In this document: positions 29,104 through 40,372 of the stretch, in pieces
How positions within the stretch are numbered: the first letter of the stretch is position 1
Layout: every line of letters begins with the position of its first letter
Assembly (NCBI GenBank): GCA_030831315.1
Contig: JAURLI010000003.1
Coordinates: 18,884-82,883 of the forward strand
DNA: 64,000 bases
Origin: Alphaproteobacteria bacterium
GTDB lineage: Bacteria > Pseudomonadota > Alphaproteobacteria > SMXQ01
Reading direction: 5' to 3'
Position numbers and translations under genes: made by a program
Notes under the pieces: model-generated
Databases searched by the model: none
What the model saw: only the letters and a program-made list of their open reading frames with translations
What the model was told of the DNA's origin: nothing

Positions 29104-30683
29104 TCCTCGCGCGGCTGGCGGCGCAGCTGGCGGCACTGACATCCTGGCGCCGTGCGCTTGCGGCGATCCTGCTTGGCGCGCTCGCGGTTTTGGCGCTGCC
29201 GCCCTTCGGTCTGTTTCCCCTCCTTTTCGTTTCCCTAGTCGGTCTGCTCTGGATGCTCGATGGCCTGCGCGGCTGGCGCGCTGCCGTCGCGCTCGGCTGG
29301 TGGTTCGGGCTCGGCTTCTTCGTCGCCGGGCTTTACTGGATATCGAATGCGCTGCTGGTCGATGCGGCACGGTTCGGCTGGCTGGTGCCCTTCGCCGTCA
29401 CGGGCCTGTCTGCCTATTTCGCCCTGTTTCCGGCGGCGGCCGTGTGCCTGGCGTCCTTCGTGCGCGCGGGCGCAATGCGGATCGTGGCCCTTGCTGCGGC
29501 CTGGACGCTTGGTGAAATCCTGCGTGGGATGTTGCTGACGGGCTTTCCCTGGAATCCGCTGGGCAGCGCCTTGGCGTTTCATCCGGCGCCGATGCAAGGC
29601 GCCGCACTTGGCGGCGTTTATGCTCTCAGTTTTGCCGTCGTGCTGATCGCGGGATTGCCGGCGACGCTTGCGGGCAGCAATGCCGGCGAAGGATCGCGGC
29701 GCGCACGCCTGTGGCCCGGCGCAGTCGCCGTCGTGCTGTTCGCGGCGTTGTTTGGCGGCGGCGCCCTGCGTCTTGCCGATGCACCCGTCGTACAGGAACC
29801 GGACGCACTGCGCCTGCGCATCGTGCAGGGGGCCATACCCCAGGCGATCAAGTGGCAGCCCGATCTCGTGCGACAGCATTTCGGCCTTTACCTGCGTCTC
29901 TCGCAGGGCCTGCCCGGCGCGCCCGCGTCCGACCGTGCGCCGGTTGCGGTGATCTGGCCGGAAACCGCTTTGCCCGCGGTCTTCGACGGCAACCCGGAAC
30001 TAACCCGCGCCATTGCGCTGGCGGCGCCGCCCGGCGGCATCGTCGTGACCGGCATCGTGCGCCGCGAAGCGGCGCCTGCGCCCGGTCGCCGCGCCGCGAT
30101 CTGGAATTCGGTCCTTGCCGTAGACAGCCGCGGGCGCGTGCTCGGCCGCTACGACAAGCATCACTTGGTGCCCTTCGGCGAATACGTGCCTTTTGCCCGC
30201 TTCAATCCGCTGCCGAAGCTGACCGAAGGCCGGGTTGATTTTTCCGCCGGGTCCGGGCCTGCGACCTTGAACCTGCCCGGCCTGCCCGGCGTTTCGCCGC
30301 TCGTCTGCTACGAGGTCATATTTCCGGGCGCGGTCGTGGCTGACCAGGGCGCTCGTCCGGGGTTGCTGATGAATCTGACCAACGATGCCTGGTTCGGCAC
30401 CGCCACGGGGCCGTACCAGCACCTTGTTGCGGCCCGTTTCCGCGCCATCGAGGAAGGCCTTCCATTGGTGCGCGCCGCCAACACCGGCATTTCGGCGGTG
30501 ATCGATTCCCATGGCCGCGTGCGCGATTCGCTGGCGCTCGGTGTCCGCGGCGTGATCGACGCGGCGCTTCCCGCACCTCTTGCCGCGCGTACCCTGTTTT
30601 CGCGTACCGGCAGTATTCCAGTCATTGCATTTTGCCTACTGTTATTGGCGGTTTTTCTAGGCTTTTTTCGCAAGTCCGCTTGA
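29100..30683 (+). CDS. lnt: Apolipoprotein N-acyltransferase
   Basis: TGFPW, WPE, YDKHHLVPFGE, CYE, TNDAWFG and RAANTGIS. Confidence 0.96.
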   Translation: MILARLAAQLAALTSWRRALAAILLGALAVLALPPFGLFPLLFVSLVGLLWMLDGLRGWRAAVALGWWFGLGFFVAGLYWISNALLVDAARFGWLVPFAVTGLSAYFALFPAAAVCLASFVRAGAMRIVALAAAWTLGEILRGMLLTGFPWNPLGSALAFHPAPMQGAALGGVYALSFAVVLIAGLPATLAGSNAGEGSRRARLWPGAVAVVLFAALFGGGALRLADAPVVQEPDALRLRIVQGAIPQAIKWQPDLVRQHFGLYLRLSQGLPGAPASDRAPVAVIWPETALPAVFDGNPELTRAIALAAPPGGIVVTGIVRREAAPAPGRRAAIWNSVLAVDSRGRVLGRYDKHHLVPFGEYVPFARFNPLPKLTEGRVDFSAGSGPATLNLPGLPGVSPLVCYEVIFPGAVVADQGARPGLLMNLTNDAWFGTATGPYQHLVAARFRAIEEGLPLVRAANTGISAVIDSHGRVRDSLALGVRGVIDAALPAPLAARTLFSRTGSIPVIAFCLLLLAVFLGFFRKSA

Positions 30684-30794
30684 GTCAAGCTGCATATAAA
30701 ATTATGATTATGGGAGTTATAGGTATGTCGGTTGCACGCGTTCTTCTAGCTGCCCCTCCGCCACCATTACACGTCAAATCAACAGAGAAGCCTT

Positions 30795-31244
30795 ATGGCC
30801 AGAACTCCTGCCGCCCGTGGACCTCGCCGGAAGCCCCGTGCGAAGAAGGGCGGGCCAAACGCTATTGATGTTCATGTCGGCACGCGCATGCGCATGCGCC
30901 GATTGTTGCTTGGCTTGTCTCAGGAAAAACTGGGCGATGCTCTGGGGCTGACGTTTCAGCAGGTGCAGAAATATGAGCGCGGCGTGAACCGTATTGGCGC
31001 CGGCCGCCTTTTTGCGTTGGCTCAGGCTCTCGAAGTGCCGGTGACGTTCTTTTACGAAGACCTGCCCGCCGGCACCGGGGCGCGGCGCAACCGCGCGCTT
31101 GCGGAATCAGCGGCTGCCTTCGAGGGCGAACCGATGAGCAACCGCGAAACCATTGAGCTGGTCCGCGCCTACTATCGTGTCGGCGATCCGCGCAAGCGCC
31201 GCAAGGTGCTGGAGCTGATCCGCTCGATGGGACGCGAAGAGTAG
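30795..31244 (+). CDS. phrR: XRE-family HTH regulator, PhrR/PraR-like
   Basis: IDVHVG.R.R.RR...SQEKLG..LGLTFQQVQKYE.G.NR; sits between lnt and metK, as rhizobial phrR/praR does. Confidence 0.75.
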   Translation: MARTPAARGPRRKPRAKKGGPNAIDVHVGTRMRMRRLLLGLSQEKLGDALGLTFQQVQKYERGVNRIGAGRLFALAQALEVPVTFFYEDLPAGTGARRNRALAESAAAFEGEPMSNRETIELVRAYYRVGDPRKRRKVLELIRSMGREE

Positions 31245-31379
31245 CGTCCCGCCGCGCCCAGGCCTTACCCTTCCGAAAACCCTTGACGCTCGCGCCGTTC
31301 GTTGCAACAAGACCGGCCGGGGGCAGCGCATTGCGGCCGCCCATACATAAGGCTTTCAGCCATTTTCACGGAGGCTCCC

Positions 31380-32549
31380 GTGCCCAAAGGCGATTACCTT
31401 TTTACCAGCGAATCGGTTTCTGAAGGACATCCGGACAAGATCTGCGACCGCATTTCGGATGCCGTCGTCGATGCCTTCCTGACGGCCGACCCGCAGGCCC
31501 ATGTCGGTGCCGAAACGCTGTGCACGACGAACCACGTGGTCATGGCCGGCGAAGTGCGCGCCCGCAAGCTCATCGGCAAGGACGAACTGGAAAAGATCGC
31601 CCGCAACTGCATCAAGGAAATCGGCTACGAGCAGGACGGCTTCCACTGGCAGAAGGCCCAGGTCGATGTCCTGATCCATGGCCAGTCGGACGATATCAAC
31701 GTTGGCGTCGAAGGCGGCGGCAATCGTGAAGAGGGTGCCGGCGACCAGGGCATCATGTTCGGCTACGCTTGCCGCGAAACCCCGGTGCTGATGCCGGCGC
31801 CGCTGCATTATTCCCACGCCATCCTGCGCTCGCTCGCCGAAGCGCGCCATTCGGGCGCAGAGCCGGGCCTCGGCCCCGATTCGAAGAGCCAGGTGACGCT
31901 GCTTTACCAGAACGGCAAGCCGGTGCGCGCGACTTCGGTCGTCGTCTCGACCCAGCACGCGGCCGGCCTCACCCAGAAGCAGGTGCGCGACATCGTGCGC
32001 CCCCATGTGGAGAACGTCCTGCCCAAGGGCTGGATGTGCCCGGAAGACGAATTCTACGTCAACCCGACCGGCATCTTCGTCATCGGGGGCCCCGACGGCG
32101 ACTGCGGCCTGACCGGGCGCAAGATCATCGTCGACACCTACGGCGGTGCAGCACCTCACGGCGGCGGCGCGTTCTCGGGCAAGGACCCGAGCAAGGTCGA
32201 CCGTTCCGCGGCCTATGCCGCACGCTACCTGGCGAAGAACGTGGTGGCGGCGGGTCTCGCCGAGTCCTGCGTCATTCAGATCGCCTATGCCATTGGCGTC
32301 GCCAAGCCGCTTGCCGTCTACGTCGATACCGCCGGCACCGGCAAGGTGTCGGAAGACAAGCTCGCCAAGGCGTTGCAGGAAGTCATGGACCTGCGCCCGC
32401 GCGGCATCCGCAATCATCTCGGCCTCGACAAACCGATCTACGCGCGCACATCTGCTTACGGGCACTTTGGCCGCGAGCCCGAGCCCGATGGCGGGTTCTC
32501 CTGGGAACGCGTGGACCTGGTCGAGGCCATCAAGTCCGCGCTGACCTGA
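31380..32549 (+). CDS. metK: S-adenosylmethionine synthetase
   Basis: [19 protein letters not shown] and GGGAFSGKD; GTG start after GGAGG. Confidence 0.97.
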   Translation: MPKGDYLFTSESVSEGHPDKICDRISDAVVDAFLTADPQAHVGAETLCTTNHVVMAGEVRARKLIGKDELEKIARNCIKEIGYEQDGFHWQKAQVDVLIHGQSDDINVGVEGGGNREEGAGDQGIMFGYACRETPVLMPAPLHYSHAILRSLAEARHSGAEPGLGPDSKSQVTLLYQNGKPVRATSVVVSTQHAAGLTQKQVRDIVRPHVENVLPKGWMCPEDEFYVNPTGIFVIGGPDGDCGLTGRKIIVDTYGGAAPHGGGAFSGKDPSKVDRSAAYAARYLAKNVVAAGLAESCVIQIAYAIGVAKPLAVYVDTAGTGKVSEDKLAKALQEVMDLRPRGIRNHLGLDKPIYARTSAYGHFGREPEPDGGFSWERVDLVEAIKSALT

Positions 32550-32568
32550 TCGGCGCGCGCTTCCCGAC

Positions 32569-33324
32569 ATGACCGATAACGATCACGGCGACGTCGGCAA
32601 AAACCGTCGTCGCCGTGTTCTTTACGGCCGGCGCATGGGCCGGCCGCTGCGCGTCGAGCGGCGGAAGCTGATGGAAGAGCTTCTGCCCGCCGTGCGCATC
32701 GACCTGACCGGCGCGGCTCCCGCCAGCCTCGACCCGCGTAGCCTGTTTGCCCGTCCCGTCTTTGCGGCCGAGGCGCTGCCGCCGCCAGCCGAAACATGGC
32801 TTGAGGTCGGCTTTGGCGGCGGCGAGCACATGTGCGCCCAGGCTGCGGCCAACGCGCGCGTCGGCATCATAGGCTGCGAACCCTTCGTCAACGGCGTCGC
32901 CTCGGCGCTGCAGCACATAGATGGGGGTCGCCTCGAAAACGTCCGGCTTCATCCCGATGACGCCCGCGCCGTCATCGATGCGCTGGCGCCCGCCAGTCTT
33001 GCGCGCGTCTATGTGCTGTTCCCCGATCCCTGGCCCAAGGCGCGCCATGCCAAGCGGCGCTTCATTTCCGATGCCAATCTCGATGCCCTGGCGCGGGTTT
33101 TGCGGCCGGGCGGCCTCCTCGTCGTGGCCAGCGACGACCGCGGCTATATCCGTTGGGCCCTTGCCCGGGCGCTGGCCCACCCGGCCTTCGAATGGACCGC
33201 CGAACGGGCTGCCGACTGGCAGGAGCGCCCGGCCGACCAGCCCCCCTCCCGCTATGAGGAAAAAGCCCGGGAAAAAGGGATTTCCCCGGTTTTTCTGGTG
33301 TTTCGCCTCCGCTCCGGCTTCTGA
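32569..33324 (+). CDS. trmB: tRNA (guanine-N7)-methyltransferase
   Basis: LEVGFGGGEH, FPDPWPKARHAKRR and SRYEEKA. Confidence 0.95.
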   Translation: MTDNDHGDVGKNRRRRVLYGRRMGRPLRVERRKLMEELLPAVRIDLTGAAPASLDPRSLFARPVFAAEALPPPAETWLEVGFGGGEHMCAQAAANARVGIIGCEPFVNGVASALQHIDGGRLENVRLHPDDARAVIDALAPASLARVYVLFPDPWPKARHAKRRFISDANLDALARVLRPGGLLVVASDDRGYIRWALARALAHPAFEWTAERAADWQERPADQPPSRYEEKAREKGISPVFLVFRLRSGF

Positions 33325-33363
33325 CCGGGGAACCCGGTCCCGGCGCCCGTGGCTGCCAAAACA

Positions 33364-33392
33364 CTTGAACAAAAGGGGAAAACCCCTATATT
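33364..33392 (+). promoter_or_regulatory. Promoter of the rimP-nusA-infB operon
   Basis: CTTGAAC at 33364-70 and CTATATT at 33386-92, an alphaproteobacterial CTTG...CTATAT-type promoter. Confidence 0.6.
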
Positions 33393-33449
33393 TCCCCCAG
33401 TTTCGAGTTCGGTACCAGTCAAGGTCCCATAAAATAAAAGACGCTGCGG

Positions 33450-33476
33450 AGTGGGCCACCGGCCCACTTTTTATTT
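33450..33476 (+). terminator. rimP-leader attenuator hairpin
   Basis: AGTGGGCC-ACC-GGCCCACT followed by a U-rich tract, in the 5' UTR about 60 nt before the rimP start. Confidence 0.75.
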
Positions 33477-33533
33477 GGGCAAACGCCAACGTGGCCGGTG
33501 CGGACTTCGCGGCAGGAAAGCGGAATACCGGGA

Positions 33534-34031
33534 ATGAACCAAGTTCATGACAGGGTTCGCCGCCTCGTCGAGGAGCCCTTGACGGAAATGGGCTACGAGG
33601 TCGTGCGGGTGAACCTTTCGGGGGGCAGCCGGCCGATCCTCCAGATCATGGCCGAACGGATTGACGGTGCCACCATGACGGTGGACGACTGCACCGACAT
33701 CTCTCACACGGTGTCGCTGCTTCTCGACACGGAAGATCCGATCGCCGGAGCTTACGCGCTCGAGGTGTCGTCGCCCGGAATCGACAGGCCGCTGACGCGG
33801 CCCAAGGATTTCGAGCGCTTCGCCGGTTTCGAGGTACGCATGGAAACGCGCTGGCCGATCGAAGGCCGTCGCCGCTTCCGCGGGCGCCTCAAGGGTTTGA
33901 AGGACGGCCTCATCGCCGTCGCCACCGACAAGGGCGATGCGGAAGTGCCGTTCGAGGATGTGGTCAAGGCGCAGCTTGTCCTGACTGACGAGCTGATTGC
34001 CGCTTCCGCGCCCGACAGGCGCGGCAACTAG
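33534..34031 (+). CDS. rimP: Ribosome maturation factor RimP
   Basis: LQIMAER, DDC..IS and YALEVSSPGIDRPL. Confidence 0.96.
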   Translation: MNQVHDRVRRLVEEPLTEMGYEVVRVNLSGGSRPILQIMAERIDGATMTVDDCTDISHTVSLLLDTEDPIAGAYALEVSSPGIDRPLTRPKDFERFAGFEVRMETRWPIEGRRRFRGRLKGLKDGLIAVATDKGDAEVPFEDVVKAQLVLTDELIAASAPDRRGN

Positions 34032-34109
34032 TTAGGACGCGCCCTCAGGCGCATTGGAATAACAGTTTAAGGACGAACGCCGCAGTGCGGCGCAACGAGC
34101 GAGACGAAG

Positions 34110-35738
34110 ATGGCACAGTCAAAGCGCAAAACCCAGGTCGAGGAAACGACGGGCCTCGCGCGCCCGGAACTCCTGCAGGTCGCCGATGCGGTGGCGCGGG
34201 AAAAGTCGATCGACCGCGACGAAGTTCTGACCGCGATGGAACAGGCGATCCAGAAGGCCGGGCGTTCCAGGTACGGCCACGAACACGACATTCGCGCCGT
34301 CATCAACCGCACGACCGGTGAAATTTCTCTGGCCCGCTACACCCAGGCCGTCGAGACGGTCGAGGACGAACTGACCCAGCTCGACCTCAAGACCGCCGAG
34401 AAGATCAAGCCGGGCATCAAGGCCGGCGAATTCATCATCGATCCGCTGCCGCCCATCGACTTCGGCCGCATCGCCGCGCAGACCGCGAAGCAGGTCATCG
34501 TCCAGAAGGTGCGCGAGGCCGAGCGCCAGCGCCAGTTCCAGGAGTACAAGGACCGCGTCGGCGAAATCGTCAACGGCCTGGTCAAGCGCGTGGAGTTCGG
34601 CAACACCACCGTCGATCTCGGCCGCGCCGAGGGCGTGCTGCGGCGCGACGAAATCCTGCCGCGCGAAAACCTGCGCGCTTCCGAACGCGTGCGCGCCTAC
34701 ATCTACGACGTGCGCGAGGAACAGCGCGGCCCGCAGATTTTCCTGTCGCGCACGCGGCCCGAATTCATGGCCAAGCTGTTCGCCCAGGAAGTCCCGGAAA
34801 TTTATGACGGCATCATCGAGATCAAGTCGGTGGCCCGCGATCCGGGCTCGCGTGCGAAGATCGCCGTGCTGTCCAACGATTCGTCCATCGATCCGGTCGG
34901 CGCTTGCGTCGGCATGCGCGGCTCGCGCGTGCAGGCGGTCGTCGCCGAATTGCAGGGCGAAAAGATCGACATCATCCAGTGGTCGCCCGATCCCGCGACC
35001 TTTGTCGTCAATGCGCTTGCCCCGGCCGAAGTCACCAAGGTCGTGCTCGACGAAGACCAGAAGCACATCGAGGTCGTGGTTCCCGACGAGCAGCTTTCCC
35101 TTGCCATCGGGCGTCGCGGCCAGAACGTGCGTCTCGCCTCGCAGCTGACGGGCTGGGACATCCGCATCCTGACCGAAGCGCAGGAATCGGAACGCCGCCA
35201 GGAAGAATTCCGCTCGCGTTCGCAGATGTTCATCGACGCGCTCGACGTCGACGACGTGATCGCGCACCTGCTGGTGACCGAAGGCTTCTCCTCGATCGAG
35301 GAAGTCGCCTTCGTTCCCATCGACGAAATCACCGGTATCGAAGGCTTCGACCAGGATCTGGCCGAAGAGCTTTCCCGCCGCGCCCAGGCCTATCTCGCCG
35401 ATCAGGCAGAGAAATTCGCCGAGAAGCGCAAGGAACTCTCGATTGCCGACGACATGGTCGGCATTCCCGGCCTGACCAACGACATGGTCGTGACCCTTGC
35501 GGAGAACGGCATCAAGACGCGCGACCAGCTGGCGGAACTCGCGGGCTATGAACTCTCGGGTTCGGAAGCCGATGGCGAGGAAGGCCTGCTCGGCAAGTTC
35601 AAGCTGAGCGAGCAGGATGCCAACGAGATCATCGCCGTTGCCCGCGCCCATTGGTACGAGGCCGAGGATGCCGCTGCCGCCGCAGCGGCCGAAGCCGCTG
35701 CTGCCGAGGGTGAAGCCAAGGAGACCGACCCGCAGTGA
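34110..35738 (+). CDS. nusA: Transcription termination/antitermination factor NusA
   Basis: FGRIAAQTAKQ, S1 and KH domains, GACVGMRGSRV, AIGRRGQNVRLA and acidic repeats. Confidence 0.98.
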   Translation: MAQSKRKTQVEETTGLARPELLQVADAVAREKSIDRDEVLTAMEQAIQKAGRSRYGHEHDIRAVINRTTGEISLARYTQAVETVEDELTQLDLKTAEKIKPGIKAGEFIIDPLPPIDFGRIAAQTAKQVIVQKVREAERQRQFQEYKDRVGEIVNGLVKRVEFGNTTVDLGRAEGVLRRDEILPRENLRASERVRAYIYDVREEQRGPQIFLSRTRPEFMAKLFAQEVPEIYDGIIEIKSVARDPGSRAKIAVLSNDSSIDPVGACVGMRGSRVQAVVAELQGEKIDIIQWSPDPATFVVNALAPAEVTKVVLDEDQKHIEVVVPDEQLSLAIGRRGQNVRLASQLTGWDIRILTEAQESERRQEEFRSRSQMFIDALDVDDVIAHLLVTEGFSSIEEVAFVPIDEITGIEGFDQDLAEELSRRAQAYLADQAEKFAEKRKELSIADDMVGIPGLTNDMVVTLAENGIKTRDQLAELAGYELSGSEADGEEGLLGKFKLSEQDANEIIAVARAHWYEAEDAAAAAAAEAAAAEGEAKETDPQ

Positions 35739-36397
35739 CCGCTGTCGCCGCGATCAGTGACGCCATCGACGACCGCCGCGTCAACGCGTCGGAGCCGGAG
35801 CGCCGTTGCCTGGTGACCGGGCGGGTCCTGCCGCGTGCGGCATTGATCCGCTTTGTTGCCGGTCCCGACGGCACTGTGGTGCCTGATCTCGGCGAAAAGC
35901 TGCCCGGACGCGGGTTGTGGGTCGCAGCCGAGCGGGCAGCTCTCGCCGCCGCGGATGCGCGCGTGTTTGCCCGCGCCAACCACGGCCCGGTGACGGTGCC
36001 CGAAGATCTCGCGGCCCGCGTCGAAGCGGGGCTGCGCCGCCGCCTGACCGACATGCTCGGCATGGCCCGGCGCGCAGGCGCCCTGGTTGCCGGGTTCGAA
36101 AAGACCCGTGCCGCCCTCAAGGCGGGCGAGGCAAAGTTGCTGATCGCCGCCCGGGATGGTGCCGCCGACGGCCGCGCCAAGCTCTCGGCCCTCGCCCCGG
36201 GGCTTGAGGAAATGACCGCCCTCGAGGCGACTGAAATCGGCGCCGCGCTTGGTCGCGACGCCATGGTACATGCCGCGGTGACCGAACCCCGGATCGCCGC
36301 CGCCATCATGCGCGAGGCGACCCGCCTCGCCGGTGTCGCGGGCCTGCCCGAAGTGATGCAGGACAGCCCTGATTTGGATAAAGTGGACGGAAGATGA
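35735..36397 (+). CDS. DUF448 (YlxR-like) RNA-binding protein fused to an L7Ae-like domain
   Basis: ERRCLVT...LIRFV.GPDG..VPD..KLPGRG.W; C-terminal ARRAG...GFEK...ALGR; lies between nusA and infB. Confidence 0.88.
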   Translation: MTAVAAISDAIDDRRVNASEPERRCLVTGRVLPRAALIRFVAGPDGTVVPDLGEKLPGRGLWVAAERAALAAADARVFARANHGPVTVPEDLAARVEAGLRRRLTDMLGMARRAGALVAGFEKTRAALKAGEAKLLIAARDGAADGRAKLSALAPGLEEMTALEATEIGAALGRDAMVHAAVTEPRIAAAIMREATRLAGVAGLPEVMQDSPDLDKVDGR

Positions 36398-38928
36398 CCG
36401 ATACGACCAAGGACAAGAACTCCGGCGACAAGAAGCCGCTTTCGCTCGCGCGCCCGGGCCGTCTTGAATTGAAGAAGACGGTCGAGCAGGGCCAGATCCG
36501 GCAGAGCTTCTCGCACGGCCGATCCAAGGCGGTGACCGTCGAGGTTCGCAAGAAGCGCACCTACGCGCCCGACTCCGAAGGCGGCATGAGCCAGGTGAAG
36601 CCCGGCGAACAGGCCGACCTGCACGGCGATCAGCTGACCGCCGACCAGCTTGCCCAGCGCGCCAAGATTCTGAAGGGCGCCAAGCTCGATGACGAACGCC
36701 GGCGCGTCGAGGAAGCCGAACGCGCCAAGCGCGAAGAGGAAGAGCGCGAAAAGCGCGAAGCCGAAGAAGCGCGCCTCAAGGCCGAGGAAGAAGAAGCCGC
36801 GCGCGCCGCTGCTGCCGCTGCTGCCGCTGCCGCTGCCGCTGTTGCCGTTGCCGAAACGACGGCGCCCGCCGCCGACAAGACCGATGGCGCACGTCCCGCC
36901 AAGGGCAAGCCGCGCGGTGAAGAACCCGCGGCCGAGGAAAGCGAAGATGCCGAGCGTCGTGGACCGCGTCGTGGCAAGACCCCCGAGAAACCGCGCCCGG
37001 CACTCAGCCTGCGTGAAAAAAGCGGCGAACGGCGCAAGGGCAAGCTGACCATTGCCAAGGCCCTCGATGACGAGGGTGGGGTGCGCGTGCGGTCCCTCGC
37101 CGCCCAGCGCCGTGCGCGCGAGCGCGAACGGCGCGCCCAGATGGCTCTTTCGGGGGCCGATTCGACGAAGGTCATCCGCGAGGTGACCTTGCCCGAAATG
37201 ATTACCGTGCAGGAACTCGCTGTCCGCATGGCCGAACGCGGCGGCGACGTCATCAAGGCGCTGATGCGCATGGGCGTGATGGCCACCATTAACCAGCCGA
37301 TCGATGCCGACACGGCCGAACTGATCATCGGCGAATTCGGTCATATCGTTAAGCGCGTGAGCGAATCGGCAGTTGAAGAAGGCTTGACCGGCGATGACGA
37401 CGCGCCCGAGACCCTCAAGCCCCGTCCGCCGGTCGTTACCGTCATGGGCCACGTCGACCACGGCAAGACGTCGCTGCTTGATGCGTTGCGTGAAACCGAC
37501 GTTGCTGCACGTGAATCGGGCGGCATCACCCAGCATATCGGCGCCTACCAGGTGACGATGCCGGCGGGGCAGAAGATTACCTTCCTCGACACCCCGGGCC
37601 ACGAGGCGTTCTCGCAGATGCGCGCGCGCGGCGCGAAGGTCACCGACATCGTCGTCCTAGTCGTTGCGGCCGACGACGGCATCATGCCGCAGACCATCGA
37701 AGCCATTCATCACGCGAAGGCCGCGGGCGTGCCCGTCATCGTTGCCATCAACAAGATGGACCTGCCTTCGGCCAACCCGGACCGCATCAAGGCCGACCTG
37801 CTTCAGCACGAAATCGCGCTTGAAGGCATGGGCGGTGACGTCCTGTGGGTGGCGGTATCGGCAAAGCAGAAGACCAACCTCGACAAGCTCGAGGAAACCA
37901 TCCTGCTGCAGTCCGAAATTCTCGAACTCAAGGCCAATGCCAATCGTCCGGCCAACGGCATCGTCATCGAAGCCAAGATGGAACGCGGTCGCGGCAACGT
38001 CGCCACCGTCCTGGTGCAGCGCGGCACGCTGCGCGTCGGGGACGTGTTCGTCGCCGGCACCGAATGGGGCCGCGTGCGCGCGTTGATCGACGATCACGGC
38101 CGCAAGGTCAAGGAAGCGGGCCCTGCCTGCCCGGTCGAAGTCCTGGGTCTTCAGGGCGCGCCCACGGCGGGCGATGAATTCAACGTCGTCGAGAACGAAA
38201 ACCGTGCCCGCCAGGTCGCCGAATTCCGCCAGCGCCGGGTGCGCGATGCGGCCAATGCGGCGGGCGTGCGTGGCAGCGTCGAGCAGATGCTGGCATCCAT
38301 CGCCGCGGGCGAAGCCAAGGAACTGCCCGTCGTCATCAAGGCCGACGTGCAGGGTTCGGTCGAAGCCATCGTCGGCGCGCTCGAAAAATTCGGTACCGAG
38401 GAAGTCAAGGCGCGCATCCTTCATGCGGCGGTCGGCGGCATCAACGAATCCGACGTCACGCTGGCGCGGGCATCGAATGCGCTCATCATCGGCTTCAACG
38501 TCCGCGCTCATCCGCAGGCGCGCGACATGGCGCGGCGCGACAATATCGATATCCGCTACTACTCGATCATTTACGACCTGACCAATGACGTGAAGCAGAT
38601 GCTCTCGGGCATGCTGGCGCCGTCGCGCAAGGAAACGACCCTTGGCCAGGCCGAACTGCGCGAGGTGTTCAACATCACGAAGGTCGGCCGTATCGCCGGC
38701 TGTCTCGTCACCGAAGGCGTGGTCCGCCGCGGCGCCCGCGTGCGCCTGCTGCGCGACAACGTCGTCATTCACGACGGCGCGCTCAAGACGCTCAAGCACT
38801 TCAAGGATGAAGTGCGTGAAGTCCGGGCCGGTTCGGAATGCGGCATGGCGCTGGAGAACTACCAGGATATCCAGGCCGGCGACGTGCTTGAGTGCTACGA
38901 GGTCGAGGAAGTCGCGCGCACGCTCTAG
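36394..38928 (+). CDS. infB: Translation initiation factor IF-2
   Basis: [22 protein letters not shown] and NKMD. Confidence 0.98.
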   Translation: MTDTTKDKNSGDKKPLSLARPGRLELKKTVEQGQIRQSFSHGRSKAVTVEVRKKRTYAPDSEGGMSQVKPGEQADLHGDQLTADQLAQRAKILKGAKLDDERRRVEEAERAKREEEEREKREAEEARLKAEEEEAARAAAAAAAAAAAAVAVAETTAPAADKTDGARPAKGKPRGEEPAAEESEDAERRGPRRGKTPEKPRPALSLREKSGERRKGKLTIAKALDDEGGVRVRSLAAQRRARERERRAQMALSGADSTKVIREVTLPEMITVQELAVRMAERGGDVIKALMRMGVMATINQPIDADTAELIIGEFGHIVKRVSESAVEEGLTGDDDAPETLKPRPPVVTVMGHVDHGKTSLLDALRETDVAARESGGITQHIGAYQVTMPAGQKITFLDTPGHEAFSQMRARGAKVTDIVVLVVAADDGIMPQTIEAIHHAKAAGVPVIVAINKMDLPSANPDRIKADLLQHEIALEGMGGDVLWVAVSAKQKTNLDKLEETILLQSEILELKANANRPANGIVIEAKMERGRGNVATVLVQRGTLRVGDVFVAGTEWGRVRALIDDHGRKVKEAGPACPVEVLGLQGAPTAGDEFNVVENENRARQVAEFRQRRVRDAANAAGVRGSVEQMLASIAAGEAKELPVVIKADVQGSVEAIVGALEKFGTEEVKARILHAAVGGINESDVTLARASNALIIGFNVRAHPQARDMARRDNIDIRYYSIIYDLTNDVKQMLSGMLAPSRKETTLGQAELREVFNITKVGRIAGCLVTEGVVRRGARVRLLRDNVVIHDGALKTLKHFKDEVREVRAGSECGMALENYQDIQAGDVLECYEVEEVARTL
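36805..36852 (+). repeat. GCC/GCT low-complexity repeat encoding a poly-alanine tract in IF-2
   Basis: GCCGCTGCTGCCGCTGCTGCCGCTGCCGCTGCCGCT-GTTGCCGTTGCC encodes 12 Ala followed by VAVA. Confidence 0.85.
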
Positions 38929-38963
38929 GGCCAGGCGCATCGACCGGTTGAAAGAGTGACACC

Positions 38964-39398
38964 ATGAAGAAGGGCAGGAACGCCTCCTCGGCGAAGGGGC
39001 CGAGCCAGCGCCAGTATCGTGTCGGCGAGGAACTGCGCCACGCGATCGCGCGCATCATCGAGCACGCCCATTTCCGCGACCCCGATCTCGCCGGCGTGCC
39101 GATCACCGTGACGGAAGTGCGAATCTCGCCTGACCTGCATAACGCCACCGCTTTCGTGACACCGCTCGGCGGTCGCGACATGGACAAGGTGGTGCCGGCG
39201 CTCAACCGCGCCTCCGGGTATTTCCGTCGCGAGCTCGCCCGCGAGGTCAACCTGCGTACGGTTCCGATCGTCCAGTTCGCGGCCGATCGTTCCTTCGATT
39301 ATTCCAGCCGGATCGAGGAAATTCTCGCCCGCCCCCAGGTCGCCCGCGACCTTGCAGGCGAAGACGGGGCGAAGGGCTCCGGCGAAGACGAGGACTAG
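38964..39398 (+). CDS. rbfA: 30S ribosome-binding factor A
   Basis: RQYRVGEELR, ITVTEVRISPDL and LRTVP...F..D.SFD. Confidence 0.96.
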   Translation: MKKGRNASSAKGPSQRQYRVGEELRHAIARIIEHAHFRDPDLAGVPITVTEVRISPDLHNATAFVTPLGGRDMDKVVPALNRASGYFRRELAREVNLRTVPIVQFAADRSFDYSSRIEEILARPQVARDLAGEDGAKGSGEDED

Positions 39399-40358
39399 GT
39401 GGGACGCCGGCGCAAGCCGCCCGAAGGTGCCAGCCGCCTCGACGGCTGGCTGGTGGTGGACAAGCCGCTGGGCATGACCTCGGCGCAGGTGGTGGCGGTG
39501 CTGCGCCGTACGCTCAAACCCCTGCGCATCGGCCATGCCGGAACCCTCGACCCGCTTGCCAGCGGCATCCTGCCGGTGGCGCTCGGCGAGGCGACCAAGA
39601 CCGTGGCTTATGCCATGGACGGCGATAAAACCTACCGGTTCACCCTGAAATTCGGCGAGCAGCGCAGCACCGATGACGCCGAGGGCGAGGCCGTGGCGAC
39701 CAGCCCGAATCGGCCGGAAACCGAGGAAATTCAAGCAGTTCTTGGAAATTTTGTCGGCCAGGTGCGGCAGCGGCCGCCGGCCTTCAGCGCGCTCAAGGTG
39801 GCCGGACGGCGTGCCTATGACCTGGCGCGCGCCGGGGAGGCCCCGGAACTTGCTGAAAGAACCATAGAAATCAAGGAGTTGATCTTGATTTCCCGGCCTG
39901 ACCCGGATCAGGCCGAATTTTCCGTCACCTGCGGCAAGGGGACCTATGTGCGAGCCCTTGCCCGCGATATTGCGCTGGCGCTCGGCACCGTCGGCCATGT
40001 CGCGGCGCTGCGCCGGACCCGGGTCGGGGCCTTCTCGGAAAACCTAGCGATTGCGCTGGATAATCTGGTTGCCTTGGGGCATAGTGCCGCCGCTTTCGAG
40101 CACCTGCTTCCGGTTGAAACCGCGCTGGACGACATCCCGGCACTGGCTCTGACCGGCGACCAGGCCGCCCTGTTGCGACAGGGACGCGCCATTGCGGTGC
40201 TCGGTACCGCGGGACTTGTGTCCCGGGACGGTGATGCGGGTTCGCCCGCGCCGCTTTCCGACGGAACGGTTCTCTGCGCAATGGAAGGGACACGGCCGGT
40301 GGCCTTGGCCCGCATTGATGCAGGACTTCTGCGCCCGGTACGCGTGTTGAACCTCTAA
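39399..40358 (+). CDS. truB: tRNA pseudouridine(55) synthase
   Basis: [20 protein letters not shown] and [13 protein letters not shown]; GTG start. Confidence 0.96.
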   Translation: MGRRRKPPEGASRLDGWLVVDKPLGMTSAQVVAVLRRTLKPLRIGHAGTLDPLASGILPVALGEATKTVAYAMDGDKTYRFTLKFGEQRSTDDAEGEAVATSPNRPETEEIQAVLGNFVGQVRQRPPAFSALKVAGRRAYDLARAGEAPELAERTIEIKELILISRPDPDQAEFSVTCGKGTYVRALARDIALALGTVGHVAALRRTRVGAFSENLAIALDNLVALGHSAAAFEHLLPVETALDDIPALALTGDQAALLRQGRAIAVLGTAGLVSRDGDAGSPAPLSDGTVLCAMEGTRPVALARIDAGLLRPVRVLNL

Positions 40359-40372
40359 CAATGGAGCATACG

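Noticed and set aside
31245-31379. SAM-II (SAM_alpha) or SAM/SAH riboswitch upstream of metK
   Set aside because: There is a faint resemblance (CCGGCCGG...TTGCGGCC), but the GATTT and GCTAAA pseudoknot cores of SAM-II and the SAM/SAH core are absent; an Rfam cmsearch would settle it.
31495-31720. MetK deviations (AHVGAE for the usual RVACE; DINVGV)
   Set aside because: All catalytic signature motifs are intact and synteny is normal, so there is no basis for an altered function.
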